Source of the DNA: Lama guanicoe
Lineage: Eukaryota
Assembly: GCA_013239625.1 (NCBI GenBank)
Contig: MU053934.1
Coordinates: 4,854,399-4,918,398 of the forward strand
DNA length: 64,000 bases
Direction: 5' to 3'
Below the pieces are notes generated by a model. The model searched no databases. It saw nothing but the letters and a program-made list of their open reading frames with translations, and had not been told where the DNA came from. Shown here in pieces: positions 38,161-49,245 of the stretch; the first letter of the stretch is position 1; each line of letters opens with the position of its first letter. The translations under genes were made by a program, and so were the position numbers.

Positions 38161-39129
38161 TTGTGGATTGCAACCATGTAAAGGAAAATTTATAGCTTTA
38201 GATGTATGTATTAAACCATTCTAAATAGTTTGCTAGTAAGAACACTCTCTAGTTTACTTAGTATTCTTACTAGTGAGAATTCTATACTAGTTTGTTTACC
38301 ATTCTTACTAGCAAAGATAAACTTGAAAATATCTGCAAGAAACACAAACCTATGAAAAGTAATATAGCAGATCTTAAAAGACTCAAGTAGAATTCTAGAA
38401 ATGAAAAATATAATAATTGAATTAAAAACCCAATGGGAAGATTTAATAACAGATTAGACATAGCTGAAGAGAGAACTGGTTAACTGGAAGGAAGGTTGGG
38501 AAATAATTACCCGGATTCATGCAATAAGCATGCTGAAATATTCTGCTGTGAAGTGTCATGATATCTGAAACTTACTTTCAAGTGGTTCTGTGTGTGTGTG
38601 TGTCCATATATCTACATAATGCGTATACAGACATACATGTGTTTAGTAAGAGAGGGCGATAAAGTAAACATGGCAACAGGTTAACAGTTGGTGAACCTGA
38701 GTAAAGGCTCTATGAATGTACAATGTACAACTATACCTTAAACATTTCTATAAACTCTTCTATTCTAAAATTGTAAAAAATGGCAAAATAGTAGCACTTA
38801 CAATAGCATACAAATATCAAGAACAAAGAACTAAGTTTTTAAAGAAAGGAATAGAAGCCCTCTGTGGGGGAAATAATGAGCTTACTGAAGAACATTAAGA
38901 TAACAGCAGTATGAACACAGATAGAAATATACCATGCTCATGGATTGGAAAATTAAATTTGTAAAAAGTTCCCCAAATTGATTAATAGATTTAATGCAAT
39001 TTTGACCAAAATCTAATAGGGCTTTGGGAAGAACTTGACAAGATGCTTCTGTAAGGCACATAAAGGAGAAAAGAGCCAAGAAGAGAAAAACACTCTTGGA
39101 TTTCAAACACCACACACTATATTGTCTTG

Positions 39130-39965
39130 TTCCTACCTCAGTGGAACTCAGTCTCCTTCACTGGTTCCTCAACTTCTTCCTGACCTCGTTAGAATGCCCC
39201 AGGGCTCAGCCTTCAACCTCTTTCCACTGTCACACTGATTCCTTGGGTGATTTCATCCAGACTCATAGCTTTAAATAAGAATTAATTACTAACTGTCAGC
39301 CTCCATTCCAATCTAGATCTATCTCTTAAACTCACACTCATATCCAACTGCTTACTTGATATCTTGATTTGGTTACTTAATAGACATCTGAAATTTAACC
39401 TATTCAAAAATGAATGCCTCAAAGCCTCAGAATTTTTCTATCTGCCACTTTCCTCATCTCAGTCGATGGCAACTTCACCTTGAACTTGAGTTGTTCAGTC
39501 TAACACCTTGGATTCATCTTTGACTCCTCTCTTTCTCTTATATATTTTATCCAACCCACCAGCAAATCCCTAAACAAATCACTTGTCACTTACCTTTGCC
39601 ATGCTCTCCCTGCTTTGAGCCATGTCAGCTCTTACCTGGATAACTGCAACAGCCTGCTTGTTGGCTCGCCTGCCTCATCCCAAATCCCTGCCTCCATCTC
39701 TCCCCCAAAGCCAGAGTGACATCATATCACTTTTCACCCTAAACGCCTGTCATAATATTTATTTCACAGTGTAAAAGCCAAAATCTCTAATGACGGTCTT
39801 CAACAACCATTTCATCTGGCACCACTCCCTGCCCTTTCCACCATGAACTGAAATCTCCTATTCTCCCCTTTCTTCACCTCACACCAACCGCACTGGCCTC
39901 CTTGACAGTCCTCGAACATGCAAATATCCTCCCACTTTAGAGTTTTTGCAGTAACAGTTCCTTCT
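39130..39965 (+). mobile_element. L2 LINE fragment
   Basis: gccccagggctcag...ccaactgcttacttgatatct...catctttgactcctctctttctct...cacactggcctcctt-like L2 motifs. Confidence 0.8.
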
Positions 39966-40320
39966 AGTTCTTAACCAGTTTGCATCATGAAAATCAATTT
40001 TGATTTGGGAGTGGCACCCAAGCATTAGAATACTTTTTAAATGTCTCACATTTCTTCAGAATTATCAGAGATTATTTTAGCCCTTGGTTAGTAATTGTTG
40101 AAACTGAGCAATGAGTACATGGAGTCCTTTACACTGTTCTCTCAAATAAACACGAAACAAAAACTTCTCTGGTGATTCTAATCTGTAGCAGGATTGAGAA
40201 ACACTGTTCTGTAATACCCAAGCCAGATCATTTTCCCAATAAATATAATAATCGAGACATCTCTATTTGAAGGCTATCTTAATGAATTAAAAAGATACAT
40301 CTAAGATGAAAAACATCAAA

Positions 40321-40326
40321 TTTATT
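40321..40326 (-). terminator. Polyadenylation signal of the minus-strand gene (3' UTR about 40300-40955)
   Basis: AATAAA on the minus strand (tttatt on plus) about 630 nt after the stop, followed by U/GU-rich sequence (ttgatgtttttcatcttagatgtatcttttt). Confidence 0.6.
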
Positions 40327-40955
40327 TTCCAAAATACAAGAAACAAGTACACATTTAAATTCACTTTGCATTATACATTAACAAAATAAAACACCTGTTC
40401 CATGTCCTACTTGTCTCAACTTAACTCCCAACCAACTATGGATCCACAAGAAGGGAAAAGATTTCTGGCCCTTGGTTTGCAGAACCTGAAACTTGACATG
40501 AGAACATGTGAAACATATACCCCAGACTCGGTTCTCCTAAGTCAAGGCAAACGCTTGTTAACAATGAAACTCCACACAGATGGAAAACGAAGGGCTTTTT
40601 ACTGCCAACTTATCCAAAAGCTCTAGAATAGTCATTTGCAGTTTGAAGTCTTACTGTAACTTTCACTAATGCTTAAAATATTTTGAGGTAAAGTACAGAG
40701 CATGGAAGAATGAAACTTTCTTCAGTTTCAAATGAACTAATATCTAAATCTGAAGATATTATCAAAGGCGATTCCATTTCTCTTTAAAAAATAAACTACC
40801 CAAATGAATTTGTTGGTTTGAGATACACTTGTTCAATAAACCTGACAAGGAAAAATCAAACCATCACCCTATTTTGCCATAATAATGAGAATCTATAGAA
40901 GGTTAACGTCTTAGTCTTTGGGAAATGAGTTCTATAAAAACGGCTATTAAGACTG

Positions 40956-41548
40956 TTAGACTCGATCCGAGCTCTCCTTGGGAAACTGCGAAGACTCGCC
41001 TATTTGTGGACTACTCCCACTCAAACTTACCAGATGGCTACTGATGACGTTAAGTTCTTGTATTACCATGCTCAGATCTTCATGTAATCTGACTATAGCA
41101 TTTTTTACCTCCCCGAGAAGAACGTTAGTGGAATTGTTTGCTTCAGGCTCCCTAGGCAGGTCTTTGGTTGCCTGAAAACTAGAACAGGATATAGAGGTAA
41201 AATGGTCTACATTTTGGGTGGAAAACTCTACCCAATTACTGCTAGAAATAGGACTTGTCTTCTTTTTGGCAGAATCAGAGTTGTCTGGAAGAACTTCCAG
41301 TAGGTTGAGGTGGTCACTTTCTTCTTCATCAGAGAACAGCGGGCCCCTAGAAGCAAAAGGGCGATGAACCCTGGCTGTCTTAGCTTTCTCTTTAATGGAC
41401 GCAGAAGACTGTTGGTGGGACAAAGTCCAGATAGAAGGTCCAGCCACAACTGGGGGTAACAGATGAACAGAATTCTCTGGAGAGGCTAAATTAGGAGATG
41501 ACATGGATAAAGTAGAAAAGGAAGATGTTCCCTCAGAGGCAGTTGAAA
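40956..41548 (-). CDS. Terminal coding exon of an unidentified minus-strand gene: Ser-rich low-complexity region ending in a predicted amphipathic/coiled-coil helix (VKNAIVRLHEDLSMVIQELNVISSHL)
   Basis: Open frame of 196 sense codons in AT-rich unique DNA (extends ORF 40956..41504 upstream as xSTASEGTSSFSTLS-MSSPNL...). Acceptor ctctctcatttatacattttag|TT, phase 1. TAA at 40956-40958. Confidence 0.85.
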
Positions 41549-42409
41549 CTAAAATGTATAAATGAGAGAGAAAGATTATGCAACATACAAATGAGAGTGA
41601 TAACTAAAATAATTTCACGATGTAAAATCCTATCTGAAAGGTCTCAACATAAATAAACTACTTAGAATTTAATATGTTAAACAGTCATAATAAGCCCAAG
41701 TAACCCAAAGCAGGAAACAGAGAAAACCTAAAAATGTACTGTATATCAATAATACTATGGAGATGAAACCAAAATAGAGTTATCAATATTCATCTTGACT
41801 CTTAAATCTTGCCCAACATATTTTTACATTACACTTAACAGAGAGAGCAGAAAAGTAAAATATTACACCCTATTCTACTGACTGCCAGTATTTTAAGCTG
41901 ACATTTAAAGCAGAAAGTCAAAGAAACATGTCACATAGTTTCCTTCATCTTTTTTTTTCCCAACAAAGAATATTCTTATGGCAAAATGAACAACCAACTA
42001 CAAGTACCCAAAGTTATAAAACTAATCTTTCCTCTCAGTGGTCAAATATAGTTAAGACTCAGTCCACCCTGAGATCTAGGACACTTTAGCACATGCATAT
42101 AATTTTTTTTTTCACCAAGAAACTATAAGTAAAATAAAAAGCATTCTAAAGGTACTTTCCATAAAATTAAAGATCTGATAACATTTTTAACTTCCTTTCT
42201 GGCAAAATCATATGAAAACTCTTCTTTCACACTTCATTCTAAATCATTATTTCCCAAACTGTTCTGGGGAACACTGTGTTCTTTAAGATGTAAAAAGATA
42301 TTTTGTGAGAACAGGGCTTCAAAGTCAAATGAGACTGGCCACTTGCATATTACGCCTCCCATTAGGAGATTACCAACATCCATTAACACATTTAAGGTTT
42401 TGAGGCATC

Positions 42410-42635
42410 TACAGAACACCTGACCCTTGAACATCACGGGGGTTAGGGGCACCGGCCCTCCGCACATTCGGAAGTCCCCTATAACTTTATACAGTTGGCC
42501 CGCCACATCCAAGGTTCTGCATCAGCAGATTCAACCGACCTCAGATCGTGTAGCTCTGTAGCACGTATTTACTGAAAAAGCCATGTATGAGCGGACCTGT
42601 GCAGTTCAAAACCATGTTGCTCAAGGGCCACCTGT
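42410..42635. mobile_element. MER8-like Tigger (TcMar) element, apparently nested in an older Charlie-type fragment
   Basis: Terminal inverted repeats tgacccttgaaca / tgttgctcaagggcca.ctgta with a TA end; ggggttaggggc; gcagttcaaa. Confidence 0.75.
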
Positions 42636-43289
42636 AATTTATTCAAGTGTTTTCAAACTTCCTTGGACACAGAACTCCTTCTTGTCTCCTAGGAATGTCT
42701 ATTTACATCCATTTGTGTATGAGGTGGTACAAACTGGCAAAGTCCAGTGCTAAAGTCTTTGGACTTTAAAGTAAACTCTGGACTTGCTACTTCAAAACAA
42801 AACAAAAACTTACTCACTGTAAGTCACAGAACAGGGACATTAATGCTTACCACTTAGCATACATGACTTATCTTTCTATATTATTTTATTTCTTTTACAT
42901 ATTCATGTCCTTCTAAACTAAATTGGACCTCCTGTGAAAAATATGGCCAGGGCAGGCAGCTTCTATTTTCTGCTTCAAAGCTCTCTGAGGTCTATCTCCA
43001 GTTCTTAAGGAAAATTCCAATCACAAAACTTATGGGGGTGACGTGAGTATTCTCGGCTGATGCAGCAGCAGGACACGAAAAGGAAAGCAGGAAGTTCACT
43101 AACACATAATCAAGACAAGAACACTTACACATCTAGGTCAGGCTTATCCAGACATTCCAGCCTTGGATTAAAAAGAGGGTACGTGGTAATGGGCGTACCG
43201 ACTGGGTCCTGAGTCACACTGCCACACTGAGCCACGCTCACAGCTGGCGTCTGGCAGCCCCTCACCGCCCTCCTGTTTTCTGCATCCCG

Positions 43290-44620
43290 ACTTTCTCCTT
43301 GGGCTACACTCATTTTGGAATAGCACATTCCCCAGGACTTCACTGAAAAAGGATGCATGTGAAGTAAAAGTTTTGAGAACTTGCATGTCTGAAAAATGTC
43401 AGTATTCTACTTTTAGACTTAATAATAGCTCAGTTAGATAAAAAATTCTGGGTCCAAAGTCCTTTCTCTTAGAACTGTGAAGGCAAAATTCCACTGTCTT
43501 CTTGCTTCCAGTATTGCTGCTCTGGATTGGGAGCCATTCTAATCTATAGTCATTGTGTATAACCGTATACAACCTGTTTTATCTCCCAAGTTTCATAAAA
43601 TTTCCGTTGTCCTCTGTATTCTGAAACTTCGTACGCCCTGAGGGGGACTTTTTTCATTCACTGAGGTCAACTTTAAGTCAACTGACTTTTAATCAGGCAA
43701 CTCACTTCCTCCAGCTTTAGAACGCTTTCTTGACTGCCTTAATCATTTATCTTCTCTGTTCTTTCTTTCTAAACCTCCTCTTGTTTTCAGATGTTAGATC
43801 GCCTGGACTCCTCTAATCTTCCTATTTTTCTCTCCCATCTTCCCTACCTTTGTCTCTGTGCTCTACTTTCTTAGAAATTCTGTCAATTTTAGCTTCCAAT
43901 CCTACCACTGAGTTGTTAATTTCTGCTATTATATTTTTATCTTCCAAGAGCTTTTCTTTCTTTCTTTCTTTTTGGTTCTCAGAAATTCTTCTTGTAACAA
44001 CCTGTTCTTGTTTCCTGTTTCCTGGGTGTAACATATTCTCAGATCTCTTGCTTCAATGTTTCATGTTAGAAGTTTCTTTCAGATGTCTGGTACACCTTTC
44101 TATCTGTTTATGATTAAGAATAAAGGATTACAGAGTTGATTGGAAGCTCTCAGTGTGAGTGAGGGACTTGTCAACGTTGAACTTCAGTGTATAGTCAATT
44201 GAGTGGGTCACTTGTTGGGGAACCACTAATGTCAAAATCTTTGGCTGTTTCCTTTGAGATTATAGGTTCTTGTGAGAATAGTTTTTCTACCCATGCGTAG
44301 AAGATGAAGATCTATCTGGCTCCCAGTGTGCTGGGAGTCTAGGAAGGAAATGGGACAGGAATCTCATTTGGTCTGCACATGGCCACTTAATCCTGCAGTG
44401 CTTGTTATAGGACCGGCACACTCAACTCTCCCTAGCATCTCTCATTTCAGAGGCCCTCCAGCTACCGTCTCCAGAAAACAAATCTCTAGACTTCTGGCGG
44501 AGGTTGTGAGGGTAGGTGAATATTCGGGGCAGTTTTCATCTGTCTGGCCCGGAGGAGAGGCCTGAGGATTCGACTGCTCTTCAGATAGCTGTTTTCCAGT
44601 TCTCTTTATTCAGTACCACC
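43290..44620 (-). mobile_element. Decayed old L1 (ORF1/5' region), antisense
   Basis: ttgcatgtctgaaaaatgtc...ttccactgtcttcttgcttccagtattgct...T-rich strand bias. ORF 43822..44034 resembles the L1 ORF1 coiled coil. Confidence 0.75.
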
Positions 44621-45509
44621 CTCCAACATAACATGCGGAGTAGATTTTATAACCCCACTGAAAACATGAGGCAAAGGAATCTCCAAGAGGTTAAAAAAAA
44701 CAAAAAACTTTCCCAAGATCACAAGGCTAAAAAGGGGCAGAGATGAGACTCAAATTTAAGTCTCTGATGTTATAGCATATAATCTAAACCACGAAGGTCT
44801 GCGCCTACACCATTCCATTGTATTAGAATTATTTTTACTCTATTACAGAATTATGTTAAATTCTGGATATAAAACTTAGGAGGCAGGCAATCAGGAGGGT
44901 GAGGGGACCCGACATCTTATCTATAAGGAATGGCTTGTGTATTTGTAAATCTTTACCCAAAAAGGGAAGGTGGGACAAAGCATAACAGGCTATATTTAGT
45001 TATCTGAAGATAGTCACAAAACTTTAGTAACACTTATCTTCCATTTCTCATATTGTGCACAAGTTAGAACTGGGGTTAATAGGCAAAAGTAACGGGGAAA
45101 CAGATTTCAGCCCAATTAAAAAAAGAAAACTTTCTAATAGTCATGGTTTTCCACACATTGAAACGAGCTGCTTTGGGAAACGATCAGTTTCTTGATACGC
45201 ACAGCCTGAATGACCATGTGGTAGAAATGTTTCAGGCAAGATTAATGCATCAGATGACAGAAATATATACCCTTGATGAGATTCTAAGATTCTAGGACCC
45301 AGAACATATATGTTAGGATACTAAGACTCTATTCTAGAAATAGTTCATTCTGCTCAGAAAGAATGATTTAATAAGGAACATTTAAGAGCCAGGAGGAAAG
45401 TACTATTTGAGTCAAATGTTAATACAATGTTAGCTTACATATTTAAAGATAACACAGTTATGATCATCATGTATATGATGTGATTAGTATCTGACATTTA
45501 ACTCTATGC

Positions 45510-45695
45510 TAGTGTTTCTCAAAGTGTGGTTCCTGAACCAGCAACAGCAGCATCACCTGGGAATTTGGTAGAAATGAAGTCCTTGGGCCTCACCCCAGGC
45601 CAGCTGAGTCAGAAGCTGGGCACTTGGGCTCAGCAAAGTGAGTTTTAACAAGCCCCCAGGTGTTACTGAGGCACGCTCAGTCTTGAGAATCACTG
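45510..45695. mobile_element. MER5A DNA transposon
   Basis: tagtgtttctcaaagtgtggt...cagcatcacctgggaa...ttttaacaagccc...ttgagaatcactg. Confidence 0.88.
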
Positions 45696-46479
45696 CTTTC
45701 TACTGTATGCCCACCTTTCTCTTGCTTTGTAGTGACAACTGCTGAGTAAATAGCTTATCATTGTTTACAGTTCTGAAGCTTTGATTCATAGGCTACATGG
45801 TGCTTTTGCTCATAAAAAACCACTTCATCTCTAATTGCTGCACGCCAATTTACTTTTGTTTCCAAACACACTGCAGCTGTACCAGACACTTCAGGCTGCA
45901 CTGCCGGGTGCCTCTCCCTGCCCGTTTAGTTATCCTCCTCTGGCTCACTACAGAAGTTATTTGTTAACACTCATCCTCCTCATAGTCTACCCACCAGAGC
46001 TGAAATGCAGCAAATATTGCAAATAAGCAGCAATAAATGGCTGTATTTAAAAATCGCATTGTGTGATACATGCATGCTAATTAATGCTGCACTCTCTTGA
46101 AGATAGCACTGATAAAATTATTCCCATTGCTGATGTGGTTATCTTTAATTTTTTATACTCATGAATAACATTGGATCTGTTAATTATTATACTACAATTT
46201 TAAATCTAAAAAGCATTTAGAAGTATTGGGCTGCAAGAATAAAATGACAAATATATTTCTAGAAATATTTTAAAACTCTCATTAGCTGTAAATGTAAATT
46301 TTCCTGCTAGCAGCAGGTCTTTGGTCCACTAAACATGTCACTGCACAACAGAGGGATTTTTCTTTCATTCTCCAGTTCATCTTGTTCAGTCTTCCGAGCA
46401 GATATATAATGGCTGTCCTGTTAACTATACACGCGGATTAGACTGTTCTGATGCTGGTTTAAAGATGTCACATTTATAA

Positions 46480-46945
46480 AAATCTTCATAACAGAGTAAC
46501 AGCCAAAAAGGGGAAACTACCCAAACACCCATCAACTAACTGGTGAATCGATAAATAAAATGTGTTTATCTATACAATGAAATATTATTCAGCCATAAGA
46601 AGAAATGAAGTACTGATTTATGCTACCACATGGGTGAACCTTAAAAACATGACGCTCAGTGAAAGAATCAGTCACAAAAGACCATGTATTGCATGATTCC
46701 ATCATACAAAGCGTCCGGAGTAGGCAAATCCACAGAGACAGGACATAGAACAGTGGTTGCCAGGGGCTGGGGTGAAGGGTGATCGGAGAGGGACTGCTAA
46801 TGTGTACAGGACTTTTGGGGCTGATGAAAATGTTCTGGAATTAGTAGTGATGGTTGTACAACTCTGAGAATATACTGAAAATCACTAAATTGTCCACTTT
46901 AAAAGGGTGTGTTTTATGGTACATGAATTAGATCTCAATCTTTAA
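46480..46945 (+). mobile_element. L1MB-type 3' end
   Basis: aatattattcagccataagaagaaatgaagtactga...gtggttgccaggggctgggg...gaattagatctcaat. Confidence 0.9.
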
Positions 46946-47126
46946 AACATGTAATATTTGAAATTTTATTTTTAATGTCATTATTATAAATAAGCTACAC
47001 AGAAGAAACAGACTTAGGAGTAACACAGGGTTAGAGAGAAATGCTAAGTCTGCCTCTAAATCAAGTATGTTACATTTTTATTGGGAAAATTGGATTACTG
47101 GATTAAAGATTAATTTTCTCACTTAC

Positions 47127-47149
47127 CTATAAAGTGTAAATCTGGCTCA
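47127..47149 (-). CDS. Probable 23-nt microexon (EPDLHFI-V)
   Basis: Acceptor gatttttttaatttag|T and consensus donor TAG|gtaagt. Read from phase 2, it ends in phase 1, matching the terminal exon. Confidence 0.55.
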
Positions 47150-47344
47150 CTAAATTAAAAAAATCAAGTCAGTGCATCTTTTTGTGTGCACAAAAGCAGG
47201 CAGGAGCTGTGCAGCTAGAAGACTGGCCAGGCTGGGTCTGGGGGGCAGGGCAGCACTTCGACTGTGACTTCCCTGGCGGGTGTGACAAGCCTCCCCTCTC
47301 CCTTCAATGCTCTGCTCTGCATGGTGCTTCTGAACCAGCCTGAC

Positions 47345-47397
47345 TTGTCGCTCAGAGTTAGCTGAGATGGTTTGCAGAACTGTTTTCTATCATTTTC
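47345..47397 (-). CDS. Possible internal coding exon, 53 nt, phase 0 to 2 (ENDRKQFCKPSQLTLSD-N)
   Basis: Lies within ORF 47215..47454. Its phase links exon 52861-52937 to the microexon, but both splice sites are weak (taaaaaaaatcag|GAA and CAA|gtcagg). Confidence 0.4.
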
Positions 47398-48533
47398 CTG
47401 ATTTTTTTTAGGGAAATTGTTAATTGTTCCAGCTCTGAAGGATTTTATAGACAAAAAGAAAAAGGCATGGTTAATGAGTCTTTTATGTGTGTGTCACATT
47501 TGGTTTCTTTACCTAGCAAAGGTGAACTGAAAAATAGCCACAAAGAACAACTGCTGAAATTCAGAGTGAAAAAATGGAACCAATGTGACAGAAAGAAAGG
47601 ATGAAGCCAGGCAGAATGCCCAACATTATCCCAACATGAGAAAGCACAGAATAGATTTCTTCCCCACTCCTCCAAAATTAGAAAGTAAAATCCAGTGCGG
47701 TGGAACACATTTATCCTAACTGTGGCTTATGAGAATGTGATGAAAGCTGCCTGCCACCAGATCTGGCTTTTAAGTATCTACTAGCTCCCTTTTCCTTTTT
47801 AGTGTGCATGATAAACTAACGACCTAAAACCACAGATAAACAAACAGAGGAGCAGAAGGAATGGGCTGTTCTAGGAACAGACTTATTCAGCAACCTAAGG
47901 TCAAAGGATGTTGCTGCAGCAAATCTGTCCCTCTCATGTAGTAAAAATATTAAAGTGTATTAGGTGGCTGCCTTAGACAGCCTCCCTGATATTTGAAAAC
48001 CACTAAAATACGAGTATGTGAGTATTTTTTAATTTGCCCAGCTCATTATCTCCAAAGAGTATATAACATCATACATGGACCTTTCATATAAGCAAATGAC
48101 TTCCTAAACCAAACCCAGAAAATAGGTAGTATCTTCTTTATCCTCCATCATCCAGTGTCCATGGAGACCGGCCGTCCATCCTAGCCTCATCATTTCTTGA
48201 ACTTCTCACAGTGACCTTCAGCCATTCACTCCTCTGAGTATTCCATAGAACATGTCATCACTCACAACTGCCCTGCTCTGAAATCTTGTTTTCCAAGATT
48301 ACTTTCCTTCTCCATTACTTCCAGCCTTTTACATTCCTTTTACTACATCTATACTTTGGCCTCACTGAGAAAGGAGACACAGTGATCCTTCAATTTTTTC
48401 TGATTCTTTAAGTGCCCTCCTGGCTCGGCCTCCTTTCTTGTCCAGTCTAGAATCCCAGGATCAATCACTTTAATCATTTTCTTGCTACCCTTGCTGATGT
48501 GTTTTCTGCCTTATCCGCTGCTAATTCCTAATC

Positions 48534-49245
48534 CAGGAATCAGTAAACCTTTTTTATAAAGGACAAGACAGTAAATATTGTAGGCTCTGTTGCGATTACT
48601 CAGCTCTGCTGATGTAGCACAAAAGCAGCGCAAGACAACACACAAGCCGAGTAGTGTAGTTGTATTCCGATAAAACTCTGTTTACAGGTGGTCCAGGCTG
48701 GAAATGGCGGCAGTGGCTGGGTCCTGGGTTTCTGGGCTGCAGCTGGGGTGGCCTGAGGAGTGGCGCCCATGGCGAGGAGGGCTCAGCTTGCACGTGGAAG
48801 CACCTCACCTACTTCGTGGCGCTGTCCAGGGTGGGAGTGAGCATGCTGAACGTTCTTCTGAAGTGGCACCACAGGAAGGAGGAGAGACCCGAGTTTGTCA
48901 CCCACCCCCATCTCCACCTCAAGTCCAAGCCCTTTCCCTGGGGAGATGGTAATCATATCCTATTCCGTAACCCTCATGTGAGTCTGCTTCCAACTGGCCG
49001 TGAAGATGAACGGACCACTACCCAGTGGGGACCGCAGCACTGGTTTGGACCATTACTCTGCACACGTGGGCCAGAAAAGTGTATGGGACCTTAAGCTCAT
49101 CTTCTTGTATCCAGTGATGACCATTACACTGATCTTCCTTGCTTATGGCAGGAGACGTCTTAAATAAATAACTTGTTCATGAAAAAACACTTTATTTACA
49201 AAAAACAGGCCATGGGCCAGATTTGGCCCAGAGGCTGCAGTCCTA
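48534..49245. mobile_element. MER58-type hAT-Charlie DNA transposon split by the COX6A1 retrocopy
   Basis: The 5' part (cag...aaacctttt...aaaggacaagacagtaaatatt...actcagctctgc...taaaactctgtttaca) and the 3' part (actttatttacaaaaaacaggccatgggccagatttggccc) flank the retrocopy. Confidence 0.8.
48687..49188 (+). pseudogene. COX6A1: Processed pseudogene (retrocopy) of cytochrome c oxidase subunit 6A1
   Basis: Intronless translation [84 protein letters not shown] matches mature COX6A1. The ATG at 48704 (MAAVAGS...) is out of frame with the mature part. Native stop lost at 49011. AATAAA at 49163-49168, short A remnant, degenerate target-site duplication. Confidence 0.95.

Noticed and set aside
48660..49094. 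144-aa ORF as a functional COX6A1 gene
   Set aside because: It starts at a non-ATG codon inside MER58. The real start is out of frame, the copy is intronless, the stop is lost and there are many non-conservative changes.
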